Below, piece by piece: positions 52,601 to 62,255 of a stretch of 64,000 bases of DNA; the first letter of the stretch is position 1; the number at the start of each line of letters is the position of its first letter. The DNA comes from Leucoraja erinacea (lineage: Eukaryota): assembly GCF_028641065.1 (NCBI RefSeq), contig NC_073392.1, forward strand, positions 19,592,001 through 19,656,000, read 5' to 3'. The position numbers and the translations under genes are program-made. A model generated the notes under the pieces. That model was not told where the DNA came from. It saw only the letters and a list, made by a program, of their open reading frames with translations, and ran no database searches.

Positions 52601-55600
52601 TTGGGATCTTGAGAATGATTAACAGAAGCACAAACTACAAAAGAAAGGAGGTTACATTGACACTTTATGACACTGACAGAGGATTATCCCAATTCTGCAC
52701 ACCATTTTAGGAAGTGATGAGAGATTTCAGCTGTAATACAAGATTGCAATGCAATACAATATTCCCCGAGGAGAAAACTCATTAAAATTTGTGGGCACAA
52801 AACCATGCATGCTTAGATAAACTAAAACAGGAGCAGCTTCTCCTACTAGCAAATGGTACAAAGTGATGGGCTAAACTTACCGGGATGAGAGAAAACCTTT
52901 TCTCAAATAGTTATAATTTCCACTACAAAAACATTCCTTCTGTACATTCAAAATAGTAGGAAAAGGAAAATAATTTACTGGGCAGCAGGAAAGGTGGAGA
53001 ATGGTTCGGACTGGATTGCCAAATAGCCTCCTTCTCTGCCATTACCATTCTATTTTTCTATCACACAATTTATTCCTTTGTCTGATGTGCAAACATCTTT
53101 ACCTGCTCAACATATCAGAGAGGATATCCAAGGCTTCCAGCTGGACAGATACATCTTCTTGTTTGGCAATAGCACTTGTCAGACGTCCCGTGATCTTCTT
53201 GCACACGTTAGCAGATAGGGCTAAACCTAGAACAAAGTAAATGTTTATTGTCCGTGGGATGCTGCTTACCCCAAGTGGTTTATCAAGTGGTAAATCAGTA
53301 TCTGCAGTTCCTTGTATCTCTACTTCCTGGCAAAGCAGCATCAAAGGGTCAAATGAAAAGTAAGTAAAGACAGTGGAGGACAGAGTTCCTACACTAGATG
53401 GTGATCCAAAAACATATGTCAAAAGGATATGGGCATTGTAGCATTCCCCTCTATACCTAGAGATACAGCATGGAAACAGGCCCTTCAGTCCACACTGATC
53501 ACCCGTTGACACTGTTATCCCACTTTTTCATCCACCCTACTCACTCGGGGCAATTTACAGAGGCCAATTAATGTGCAAACCTGCACATCTTTGGGACGCG
53601 AGAGGAAATAGGAGCACCCGGAGGAAGCCCATGTGGTCATAGTGAGAATGTGTAAATTCATCCTGGGTCAGCATCTCTGGCACTGCGAGGCATCCCACAA
53701 TCCCAAAAGTAGAACAGGTGAATTAAAAGGGTCTAAAATCAGGCCTAGGCTTATGATTGCACGAAAACATCAGAAAAGAGCACAAGGCAAGTGATTAAGC
53801 AAATGTTACTAGGTATAAAGGATTCACTTACCACTAGAAGCAGGAGGTAGCTCTGCAATGACAGTCTTCAGGCCAATGCTGGATATATCTCGTAGCTGTT
53901 CTTTGTCAGACAGCATATTGGTACATAATGTGTCCACAATAGTCTCCACCTGGTACTCTTTAACCTTGCTGACCAGGGGGCCCAGACTGTGGGGGAAAAA
54001 AACAAATGAAAAACCTGTGATCTTGGAATCTTAACATTGTTATCTTCTCTGCCTCTTCTTATCTTGTCTGATCGAAAGTGTGCTAAAGGCAGCATTTGTT
54101 ATGCTTGACTGCATTGGGAGGAATATCGAGTAGAAAAGTAAGAACATGATTCAGCTGTTAATGTCGCTAGTGAGACCACCGAGTATTGTATGCAATTCTG
54201 GTCACCCAGTGATAGGAAGGATGTCACTAAGTGGAAAGGATGCAAAAAAGATTCACCAGAATGATACCTGGCTTGCGGGCTTGAATTGTTGGGAGAGATT
54301 GGTTTGGCAGGGATTTTATTATTATAGAATAGGAGGCTGAGAGGGACATTATGGAGGTGCACAGGCTCATGAGGGGCAGGGTGAACACTTGGTCTTTCTC
54401 GGATTCAAAAACTTACGGATGGATGGGGGATATTTAAGGATCTCAGGGGCTACTTTTTTGTTACCATGAGGGTAGTCCATTTCTGGAACAGCCGTACAAT
54501 CACAAATGTTATGGCACACTAGTCCAACTGGGACCTGTTGGGTCCCTGTCACAAGAGGCCTTGTACCCCAACGCAATATTTCACCACAAACTCGTAGCCC
54601 CCATGGGAGGCGTGGTCACCCAACTCAAACAGTTCTCCAACGTAAGATTCCACCACTCCCCTGCCTCCCCCAGCACTGGATTAAAAAAAAATTCCAATTG
54701 CATTTCCCCTGCACTCCCAATTACAATACCAATTCCACCTCCCCCTCCTGTTCAAGCACGTGCTGCCAGGAGCTGGAGTAAGTAACATTGTTGCAAATGT
54801 CAGGTGGAGGACTGTGAGATCCCATTGTGTGATATAGCTCCTATTCAGGTGAAAACTTGGTGGAAGCACAGTGTTCCTGGATTGCAACTTTGTATGGCAG
54901 TTTGTTGCTGGGCCAGCAAGGATTTAGCCATGAAAATTTTTTTAAACTTGAATTTTTTAAACTTAAAAATCATGAATAACTTGTGAAATATAACATTAAA
55001 TCTGAAGGAAACTTGACAGGAACGACCACGGGACAAAGGTAAGGTTGTGCAAAATTTTTAGCATTACCGTGTACTGTAGTTCCAGAATCACATGGAACAA
55101 CAAACATAGATAGAAACAAGACGAGTTTTAGTAATATACTAGATCAAGTGGGACCCATTGGGCCCCGTCCCCCAATGCAATAATCCACCTCTCATCCGTT
55201 CCCCCAACGCAACCCATTTCGACAACTCATCCATAGCCCCCACAGGAGGTCTGGACCCCCAACGTAAGATTCCACCACTCACCCGTTGGGTCCGTCACAC
55301 GGGAGGCCTGGTCCCCCAACGCAACCCGTGCCCCAAAGTAAGATTCCACCATTCACCCATAGCCCAACTGTGCAGGTTTTAAACTTTAGAAAAAATGCAA
55401 TTGCACCAAGATTTAATGTGATGTAGATGCCACCGACAAAAAACAGCATCTGCAGTTCCCTTCTCCACAGGTGATTAATTGTCAGCTGTGGTTTAGAGTG
55501 AGTCTCTCTCTCAAACTCCGTGCAAACTGCTCGGCCACCCTGCAACCCGACTCTCCCTCCCTCCCTCTGCCCAATAGGTACATGACTATGTTCACTGCTT

Positions 55601-58600
55601 TTCGGAGGCAGCATGAAACGTAAAGTTGATGGTGGAGAGGTTGGTCTGTGTAATGGACTGGGCACATCCACAACTCTGCAATTTATTGTAGTCTTGGGCA
55701 GAGCTGTTGCCAAACCAAGCTGCATCCCAAGATGATGCTTCCTACTATGCTGGTGAGAGTCATTGGAGACATGCTGAACTTTCTTAGACTTCTTGAGAAA
55801 GTAGAGGTATTGGTGTGCTTTCTTCACCGTAACTTCAATGTGGTTTGTCCAGGACAAATTGTTGGTGATATTTACATCTAGGAGTCTTACACTCTTCATC
55901 TCCATTACAGCACCATTAATGCTGATTTGGGCATGTATACCACCTTGTTTCCTGAAGTCAATAACTTCATTGTCTTACTGACATTGATGAAGAGGTTGTT
56001 GTCTTGACACTATGTTACGAAGCTCTCCACCTTTGTTCAGTATTCTATCTTGTTATTGTTCGATGTTCAGCTCACTACAATGATGTCATCTGCAAACCTG
56101 TAAATGGATTTAGAGCAGATGTTGGCCCCTCAATCTTATATATATTGGGGCTGAGAATGATTCCTTGCACTATTGTTAAGAATTATCGTAGAGGATGTTT
56201 TGTTGCCTATCCTTGCTGATTCAGGAAGTTGAAGATTCAGTTGCAGAGGGGAGGTTCCTGCAAGTCCGGGAGTTAGAATGCAAGTTTTTCTGTTTCTATT
56301 ATAAGTTATCAATAACAAAATTACTTAATCCTTAACTCGTACGACTACTCCTTCACCTTCTTAATTTATTTAATCTTGTGGATGTTAAGAATTCAATTCA
56401 CCTTTCCGAAACCACATCACAGGAACTTCCCTTGAACTTCAATGTGTGCTTACAATTCATTCAAGTTATTCCTTATAGTCTGGACTTTTGTATAAGGAAC
56501 ATTTATTCCACACATTCTGAGCTGCATTTCTGCTCTGATCGATTATCCACAAGTTTCTTGTTTCTCTCCCCACTTGACATACTTGATGCCTAGTTTTCCT
56601 TTCAGTTGCAGTAGTAAAAGCACAATTGCTGACTATCAGCCTGTTCTCATTCGAGAAACTATTGAAACCAACTCCAATCTCACTAGGCCCCTCTCCCTTT
56701 ATCATCTTGCCAACATATGAATGGATTTGTTAACTGGTGCTTACCATTTCACAGCCAAGTTTTGTACCTCTCCATTTTTATCCTCCAGCAGTTTAAGCAG
56801 CATCTTCACCACTTTCTTCTCACTGTCATCATCCAACTTGATAGAGTCTTTCTGTAATTCCACCATCAGGTCATTGGTGGCCATGAACCTGAAAAACAAA
56901 AATTAATGAAGATTTATTAAAAACACAAACCAAACAGTTGAAAACAGCAGCAGTGGGGGCGATTACTTGGATAGATCTTGACCGTCTAAAAGTAGAATGG
57001 CCTTGAGATACCATGAGATCCCACTATTACCATGACGAAAATATCACCTACATATTAAATTAATATAGACCAGTACAGCCAACTAAAGGCTTTATAATCT
57101 ACAAATATCTAAGGCACAAATAGGTGTGAAATTCTTTTTTTTTTTATGAATCAGAGCATGCTGCCATTAAATGCTTTGATTTTCCTTTGAAAATTCTACA
57201 AAATAATCCTGCAAGATGATGCTGCATGCAAAGTGAATTCACAAAATATTCACACATGAACATTTTCTCAAAGTCGAAGAACTGACGACTATTAATACCT
57301 AATGGGCCTGTCCCACTTAGGCAATTTTTTTGGAGATTGCTGACGACCGTCATGGTCGTAGCAGGTCACTGAAAAAACAGCGACTGGACCCCTTTACGAC
57401 AATGTCTACAATAACCTACCACCTTGACGTCAAGTTGCGGCAAGCTACCGACAAACGGCAACCCATAGGACGTCCACACTTACGACAGCCTACGTTCACC
57501 CGAAACAAGGTAAGACAAGCTACGGTCAGTTGCTGGTTGACGTAGATAGTCGCCAATTCACCGGTCAGCACCAGCAACAACCAACGTCATCCTGGCGACA
57601 ACCAACGACAGGACCTATGTCAGGAGAAGTCAAGCTACGACAAGCCCACTGTCGCCGAAAAGTTTTGAACATTTCGGCGACCAGAAAAATGCTACGATTC
57701 TTTGGCGACTGAGGATATCATACAGGCGACACCCCGGTGACCGTGTGATGACAGCCTAGTGGTCTGTAGTCGCCTAAGTGGGGACAGGGGCATTAGATAA
57801 GACACAAAAAACTGGAGTAACTCAGCGAGTTATGCAGTATCTCTGGAAAAAAGGAACAGTGACATTTCAGATCAAGATTCTTCTACACTCTTCAGAAGAA
57901 GAATCATGACCCAGAAAGTCACCTAGTCCTTTTTTCCAGAGATGCTGTCTGACCCACAGTTTGTGTGTCTATCTAATGCCCCTGTCCCACAGGCGATTTA
58001 ATAACAACAGTCCTCGGGGCTCAAGGGGGGGGGGGGAAGAAGAGGGGGGGGGGGGGGGTGGGGGGGAGAAGAAAGTGCAGGGGGGGGGGGGGGGGGCAGA
58101 GAAAGAGTGGGGAAGAAAGTGTCCGGGAAGGGGAAAGAAAGATAAAGAGCTGGGGGGGGGGGGGGGGGGGGGGGAAAGGAAAGGGGGGGGGGGGGGAGAG
58201 AAAGAGGGGAGGGGGAGAAAGAGAGGGGGAGGGGGGGAGGGGGGGGGGAGAAAGAGAGGGGGAGGGGGAGAAAGAGAGAGGGGGAGGGGGAGAAAGAGAG
58301 GGGGAGGGGGAAAGAGAGGGGAGAAAGAGGGGGAGGGGGAGGAGAAAGAGAGGGGGAGGGGGGGAGAAAGAGAGGGGGAGGGGGGAGAAAGAGAGAGGGG
58401 GGGGGGGGAGAAAGAGAGGGGGAGAGCCGAGGGGGGGGGGGGGGAAAGAGTGGGGGGGGGGGGGAAAGAGCCGAGGGGGGGGGGGGGGGAAGAGGCGGGA
58501 GGTTGGGGGTGGGCCGAAGGGGGGGGGGGGGGGGAGGGGGGGGGGGGGAAGAGCGAGGGGAAGGGGGAAGAGCTGGGGTGGGGAGGAGGGGTGGGAGAGA

Positions 58601-58987
58601 AGAAACCTTGGGGGAGAGGAGAAAATGGGCCGGGCAGTACTGGGGTGAGGCCGAGAAATGGGGGGGAAGCAGAAGCGCGTAGGTGGGGCAGAGGCCGGAG
58701 GTGTGGGTGGGGCAGAGGCCGGGAGTGTGGGGGATTCCAACTCTTCCCTCCATCCTCCATCCGTGAGCAGCCCCACGCTTAGCCCGAGGCCGAAGCCGCG
58801 CAGTGCAGGGGGCCGGAGGGAAGCGGCGCAGCCCGGCTCTTGTCCGAGGTCGGCGAGCCCGCACACGAGGCCAGGGAGCTCTCCCCGGGGCCGCGGCCTG
58901 ACGCCGGGTCCCGCCTCACCTGAAGTCCTTGTCGCTGGAAGTCATCTTTTCCAGCAGGTTGGAGATGTGGTAGGAGACGTTGGTCAT
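28375..58987 (-). CDS. CAND2: Cullin-associated NEDD8-dissociated protein (CAND1/CAND2 family, probably CAND2); 15 exons, 1236 aa
   Basis: Exons 58987-58920, 56888-56745, 53986-53832, 53226-53103, 49318-49062, 47878-47773, 46286-46138, 42289-41997, 40815-40674, 38640-37135, 34958-34863, 33499-33330, 31864-31700, 31404-31297, 28602-28375 total 3711 nt, open. Family assignment is certain. The CAND2 call rests on linkage to TATDN2/CCDC174 (human 3p25) and CAND2-like residues (MLSRLG, QLSSPRL, CPKEM). Confidence 0.85.
30259..30968 (-). mobile_element. GC-rich non-autonomous retroelement with Rex1-like 3' tail
   Basis: Tail (rev) AAATTCCTCGTATG...TACTTGGCTAATAAA resembles 37022-37057; 30350-30410 also recurs at 52020-52075. 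Confidence 0.55.
31297..31404 (-). CDS. CAND2: CAND exon 14
   Basis: [36 protein letters not shown]. Confidence 0.93.
31700..31864 (-). CDS. CAND2: CAND exon 13 (TIP120 domain)
   Basis: [29 protein letters not shown]...DHYDIK. Confidence 0.93.
32193..32396. mobile_element. Harbinger-like MITE
   Basis: TAA|TGGGTCTGTCCCAC ... GTGGGACAGGCCTA|TAA; internal sequence shared with 57303-57792. Confidence 0.75.
33330..33499 (-). CDS. CAND2: CAND exon 12
   Basis: [22 protein letters not shown]...KVRKELIRE. Confidence 0.93.
34863..34958 (-). CDS. CAND2: CAND exon 11
   Basis: [31 protein letters not shown]. Confidence 0.93.
35415..35540. mobile_element. Fold-back Penelope-derived element with about 15-bp TSD
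   Basis: AGGTAGACAAAAGTGCTGGAGAAA / TTTCTCCAGCACTTTTGTCTACCT; flanks ATAATTCA(A/G)AATCAT at 35400 and 35541. Confidence 0.75.
36520..37072 (+). mobile_element. Rex1/Babar-like LINE 3' fragment
   Basis: [19 protein letters not shown]...[24 protein letters not shown]; (TTCA)n tail. Confidence 0.85.
37135..38640 (-). CDS. CAND2: CAND exon 10 (large HEAT-repeat exon)
   Basis: [19 protein letters not shown]...[11 protein letters not shown]; corresponds to track ORF 37088..38599. Confidence 0.95.
38706..40450 (-). mobile_element. Penelope-like element (Neptune type): RT C-terminus, Cys knuckle, GIY-YIG endonuclease, 3' tail
   Basis: LYLCYIDY (decayed YIDD)...LPFLDL...[18 protein letters not shown]; CNRRKCYTC...FTC; [19 protein letters not shown]...[12 protein letters not shown]. 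Confidence 0.9.
39361..39798 (-). mobile_element. CR1 3' fragment nested in the Penelope element
   Basis: [25 protein letters not shown]...; interrupts the Penelope ORF between RT and endonuclease. Confidence 0.88.
40674..40815 (-). CDS. CAND2: CAND exon 9
   Basis: [24 protein letters not shown]...HIPALVP. Confidence 0.93.
41997..42289 (-). CDS. CAND2: CAND exon 8
   Basis: [18 protein letters not shown]...MLQNQ. Confidence 0.93.
42685..44213 (+). mobile_element. L2-clade LINE, RT domain through 3' UTR, frameshifted
   Basis: [48 protein letters not shown]; L2-type tail TGTAAAGCACTTTG...TGTGCTATA. Confidence 0.93.
44231..44861 (+). mobile_element. CR1 LINE 3' fragment
   Basis: [14 protein letters not shown]...[13 protein letters not shown]; CCTATTGTCTA tail. 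Confidence 0.88.
45850..46105 (+). mobile_element. tRNA-derived SINE (HE1/V-SINE-like)
   Basis: Similar to 23700-23926. Confidence 0.7.
46138..46286 (-). CDS. CAND2: CAND exon 7
   Basis: [29 protein letters not shown]... Confidence 0.93.
46545..46905 (+). mobile_element. Penelope 3' end: GIY-YIG C-terminus, 3' UTR, decayed hammerhead-like core
   Basis: [20 protein letters not shown]; CTGAAGAAGAACCTCGACCCAAAACGTCAC at 46813-46842. Confidence 0.85.
47420..47665 (-). mobile_element. tRNA-derived SINE
   Basis: GAGAATGTACAAACTCCACACAGACAGCA core in reverse. Confidence 0.7.
47773..47878 (-). CDS. CAND2: CAND exon 6
   Basis: [35 protein letters not shown]. Confidence 0.93.
48590..48960 (+). mobile_element. 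Rex1-like LINE 3' end
   Basis: [29 protein letters not shown]; (TTGAA)n tail. Confidence 0.8.
49062..49318 (-). CDS. CAND2: CAND exon 5
   Basis: [38 protein letters not shown]...RQAGHRV. Confidence 0.93.
50078..50597 (-). mobile_element. CR1/L2-group LINE 3' fragment of a distinct family
   Basis: [15 protein letters not shown]...[12 protein letters not shown]...YSNSFFP; (AACCAAG)n tail. Confidence 0.8.
50670..50950 (+). repeat. Polypyrimidine (C/T) low-complexity tract
   Basis: CCT/CCCCT-rich. Confidence 0.8.
53103..53226 (-). CDS. CAND2: CAND exon 4
   Basis: [41 protein letters not shown]. Confidence 0.93.
53455..53690 (-). mobile_element. tRNA-derived SINE
   Basis: ACAGCATGGAAACAGGCCCTTC tail and core in reverse. 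Confidence 0.7.
53832..53986 (-). CDS. CAND2: CAND exon 3
   Basis: [51 protein letters not shown]. Confidence 0.93.
54519..55420 (-). mobile_element. Helitron-like non-autonomous elements, two units in tandem
   Basis: Minus strand ends in a GGG(A/C)CC(C)-type hairpin, a 7-nt spacer and CTAG, at 54519 and 55139; internal subrepeats. Confidence 0.6.
55590..56250 (-). mobile_element. Degenerate Rex1-like LINE fragment
   Basis: [25 protein letters not shown]. Confidence 0.65.
56745..56888 (-). CDS. CAND2: CAND exon 2
   Basis: [47 protein letters not shown]. Confidence 0.93.
57303..57792. mobile_element. Harbinger-like MITE
   Basis: TAA|TGGGCCTGTCCCACTTAGGC ... GCCTAAGTGGGGACAGGGGCA|TTA. Confidence 0.75.
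57796..57972. mobile_element. Fold-back Penelope-derived element
   Basis: GACACAAAAAACTGGAGTAACTCAGC... / ...TCCAGAGATGCTG...TTGTGTGTCTATC. Confidence 0.7.
58024..58620 (+). repeat. Poly-purine G-rich low-complexity/minisatellite tract
   Basis: G runs and repeated GGGGGAGAAAGAGAGG-like units. Confidence 0.9.
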
Positions 58988-59125
58988 GGTGGCGGCTGTA
59001 CGGGCCTGGGCTCGAGGCTGCTGGCACTCGACTGGCCGCCACTCGCTGCTCTTCCATGGGCAAAGATGGCGCGGTGCTCCGCCTGACGTCACCGGGATCC
59101 AGCGCCACCTGCTGGCCGCACAGCC
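58620..59125 (-). promoter_or_regulatory. CpG-island promoter of the CAND gene
   Basis: GC/CpG-rich around exon 1; perfect CRE TGACGTCA at 59084-59091; YY1-type AAGATGGCG at 59063-59071. Confidence 0.7.
58920..58987 (-). CDS. CAND2: CAND exon 1
   Basis: [23 protein letters not shown]|gtgagg. Confidence 0.93.
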
Positions 59126-59313
59126 ATCGACAGTGGGATGCAGAAGATCTAGATACACTCAATTGTCCCATTTACCGAGGTACAGTGAAATCGTTTTACA
59201 TACAGTTTAGTAGAAGTATTACTATACATAAGCACATCTTAGATACAGTACGAGTGTATAGAAATAGTACACAGGGACAGTATGTCATTGATTTCTCCAA
59301 GTTAGGGAACTAG

Positions 59314-59623
59314 TGATTTCTCTAACTTCAAGTAACCCTTGCGTCCCCTCTCTCCGACCCTCCCGCACTCTAGTTCTCCAACTAGTTTGACTGTCCTTCT
59401 GATTGATGTTACAGATTGTATGCCTCCGTGCCTTCCCCATAGCTAACAATAAACTACTCTGCATGTCCTTATCATGGTCTGCTTTGATCTTTCACACCTT
59501 ACCTCTCCGTATCTCTACACTCCTTCGCCCCTCAGTGTCAGTCTGAAGAAGTCTCGACCCGAAACGTCACCCATTCCTTCTTTCCAGAGATGCTTAGTTA
59601 CTCCAGCATTTTGTGTCTATCTT
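59314..59623 (+). mobile_element. Penelope 3' end with hammerhead-like core
   Basis: DFSNFK* then 3' UTR; CTGAAGAAGTCTCGACCCGAAACGTCAC at 59543-59570. Confidence 0.82.
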
Positions 59624-60352
59624 CAGTATACAAGTCGCCTGGTTTGGCGCCATTTTCAACTCTCCTGTTTGTTTTAAGTGCAGAGTTCTTAACCTGTCCG
59701 TGAAGGCCTTTGTCCCGGCGGCGTTGCAGGGTCGCTCCTGGCCAAGCGTTGCAGTTGGTGTCCTCTACTGCTGCTCCACCGCACCTTCACATAGAGGGCT
59801 CGGGGTGCAACGAGTTGTGTAGGAACTGAGGATGCAGTCGAGGGTTCAGTGATGGATGTGCACCAAGAGCAGAGTGGGAGGTCAAGAGTTCTATTTTGTC
59901 ATATGTCCCAGATACAACAATAAAAAATCTTACTTGCAGTAGCACAACAGAATATGTAAACATAGTACTCTGTAATCAATACAATTACTGAGAAAAAGTT
60001 CAGTGTGTATGTATAGATACACATAAAAACAAACAATAATAGTGCAAAAAGACAAAACCAATGCCCCCAAAATCTGTAAAGCAAGGAACTGCAAATACTG
60101 GTTTACACCAAAGATTATAGAGTGGAGCAAGATGGTTCACTCTTGCGAAATCCAATGGACTGACGTGTAGTACGCAACGGAGCGTAACTTCCGCCATTTC
60201 AGTAAACCCGATCCGAATTCAGTTATGCCTCTCGCAATGTAATCAACGTTGCGGAGGAACAGTTTGTGTGTTTTTAAATATTTTAAATTTTTAAAAAAAT
60301 CATCTTTCTAAATGCAGTAAACCCTCATCAATTTCCCACATCACATTCCCAC

Positions 60353-61087
60353 ATGCAACGAGACCTGGGTGTCATGGTACACCAGTCATTAAAAGTAGGC
60401 ATGCAGGTGCAGCAGGCAGTGAAGAAAGCGAATGGTATGTTAGCATTCATAGCAAAAGGAATTGAGTATAGGAGCAGGGAGGTTCTACTGCAGTTGTACA
60501 GGGTCTTGGTGAGACCACATCTGGAGTATTGCGTACAGTTTTGGTCTCCTAATCTGAGGAAAGACATTCTTGCCATAGAGGGAGTACAGAGAAGGTTCAC
60601 CAGACTGATTCCTGGGATGTCAGGACTTTCATATGAAGAAAGACTGGATAGACTTGGTTTGTACTCGCTAGAATTTAGAAGATTGAGGGGGGATCTTATA
60701 GAAACTTATAAATTTCTTAAGGGGTTGGACAGGCTAGATGCAGGAAGATTGTTCCCGATGTTGGGGAAGTCCAGGACAAGGGGTCACAGTTTAAGGATAA
60801 GGGGGAAATCTTTTAGGACCGAGATGAGGAATACATCTTTCATGCAGAGACTGGTGAATCTCTGGAATTCTCTGCCACAGAAGGTAGTTGAGGCCAGTTC
60901 ATTGGCTATATTTAAGAGGGAGTTAGATGTGGCCCTTGTGGCTAAATGGATCAGGGGATATGGAGATAAGGCAGGTACAAGATACTGAGTTGGATGATCA
61001 GCCATGATCATATTGAATGGTGGTGCAGGCTCGAAGGGCCGAATGACTTACTCCTGCACCTATTTTCTATGTTTCTATGTTTCTATG
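60353..61087 (+). mobile_element. CR1 LINE (HER1-like) 3' fragment, young copy
   Basis: Intact 211-aa ORF2 C-terminus, near-identical to 74-806; (TTTCTATG)3 tail. Confidence 0.92.
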
Positions 61088-61227
61088 ACCGTCGGCACTG
61101 CCTTGGTCGCTATTTGCTGAAGTAAGTGTGTGTGTGGAAACTTGCATGATTGGTAATCTGACTGAAAGCCAAATCTGACTGGACACACGCTAATACACAC
61201 AAAAACGGCACATACCTTGTACAGGGT

Positions 61228-61515
61228 GGAACTACAGATGCTAGTTTAAACCGAAGACTGGAGTAAATCAGCGGATCAGGCAGCATCTTTGGAGAAAAGG
61301 AATAGGTGATATTTTGGGTCGACTGGTCTTCTCCAGACTGACAGTCAATGGAAAGGGAAACGGGAGATAGGCATATCTTCCATTCATTTGTCCCTAGTAC
61401 CGTCTATATCTCTTGTTCCTCTTTCCACTGACTAAGTCTGAAGAAGGGTCTCAACCCGAATGTCACCTATTCCTTTTGTCCCGAAATGCCGCCCGGCCCG
61501 CTGCATTTTGTGTCC
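61228..61515. mobile_element. Fold-back Penelope-derived element with hammerhead-like core
   Basis: Inverted arms; CTGAAGAAGGGTCTCAACCCGAATGTCAC at 61438-61466. Confidence 0.75.
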
Positions 61516-62255
61516 TTTAATCTCTCAGACTGATATAGCATAATCTCTCTGAATTAGCTTGTGCTTCCTCTGCAAAAATCTTACAGAGCAAAATTGTCTT
61601 AAATCTGGATCAAGGACACAAAAAATCCAGCTATAGCTTCATATACCAGCCTAGAACCAATTACTTCTGCCAAAGGTTAGGTCAGTTTCATCAATCTCCA
61701 GAACAAATACAGAAGACAGGAACACAATGTTACCAAATTTATTGCAGTATCGCTGTTAATTTACTGGGGAAGGTGGGACTGGTTTGGTCAGTTTTTTTTT
61801 ACTATTATTGATACATTGAGCCGAGCGAGTTTTTTTCTCGTGACTTCTCTCTGCTTCGCCTACTTCATTCAACTCCAACCTGTCTCATTTCATTATCGCT
61901 GTTGCCACAATTTTCTGAAAAAAGGCGAGTGTGGAAACACGTTTAAGCCCTTGACATCAATCGCTTGGTGTCGTTTAGACAGGCGGCCCTATGTGCCAAA
62001 CAAGTAAAAACGCACACTGGTTTGGAGTCTCAACATATCAGCACGTCGAGTAACAGTCGTTTCGACCAAAGATCGTTTTTCATGGGGAACCTGAAGAAAA
62101 GGGTCGCCTATATTGGCGATTCGAGCAAATTATAGCAGAGCAGTACGCGCTGCTTGTAGATGAGGACGCCATGACGGAAGCCGGTTACGGAAATGGCGTT
62201 GAAGATTACCCATCACCTACTACGGCTTTTTCGCGGAGTGAACCATCTTGCACCG

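Larger units (their letters stand above)
60127..62251. mobile_element. Putative non-autonomous DNA transposon bounded by 16-bp inverted repeats, with nested insertions
   Basis: GCAAGATGGTTCACTC (60127-60142) / GAGTGAACCATCTTGC (62236-62251). Confidence 0.5.

Noticed and set aside
54519-55370. CRISPR-like repeat array
   Set aside because: Eukaryotic intron; repeats are irregular, lack unique constant-length spacers, and no cas genes are present.
57961-58866. Long Gly-rich and Pro-rich ORFs (196-288 aa) in several frames
   Set aside because: Artefact of the G/A low-complexity tract lacking stop codons; lies in CAND intron 1.
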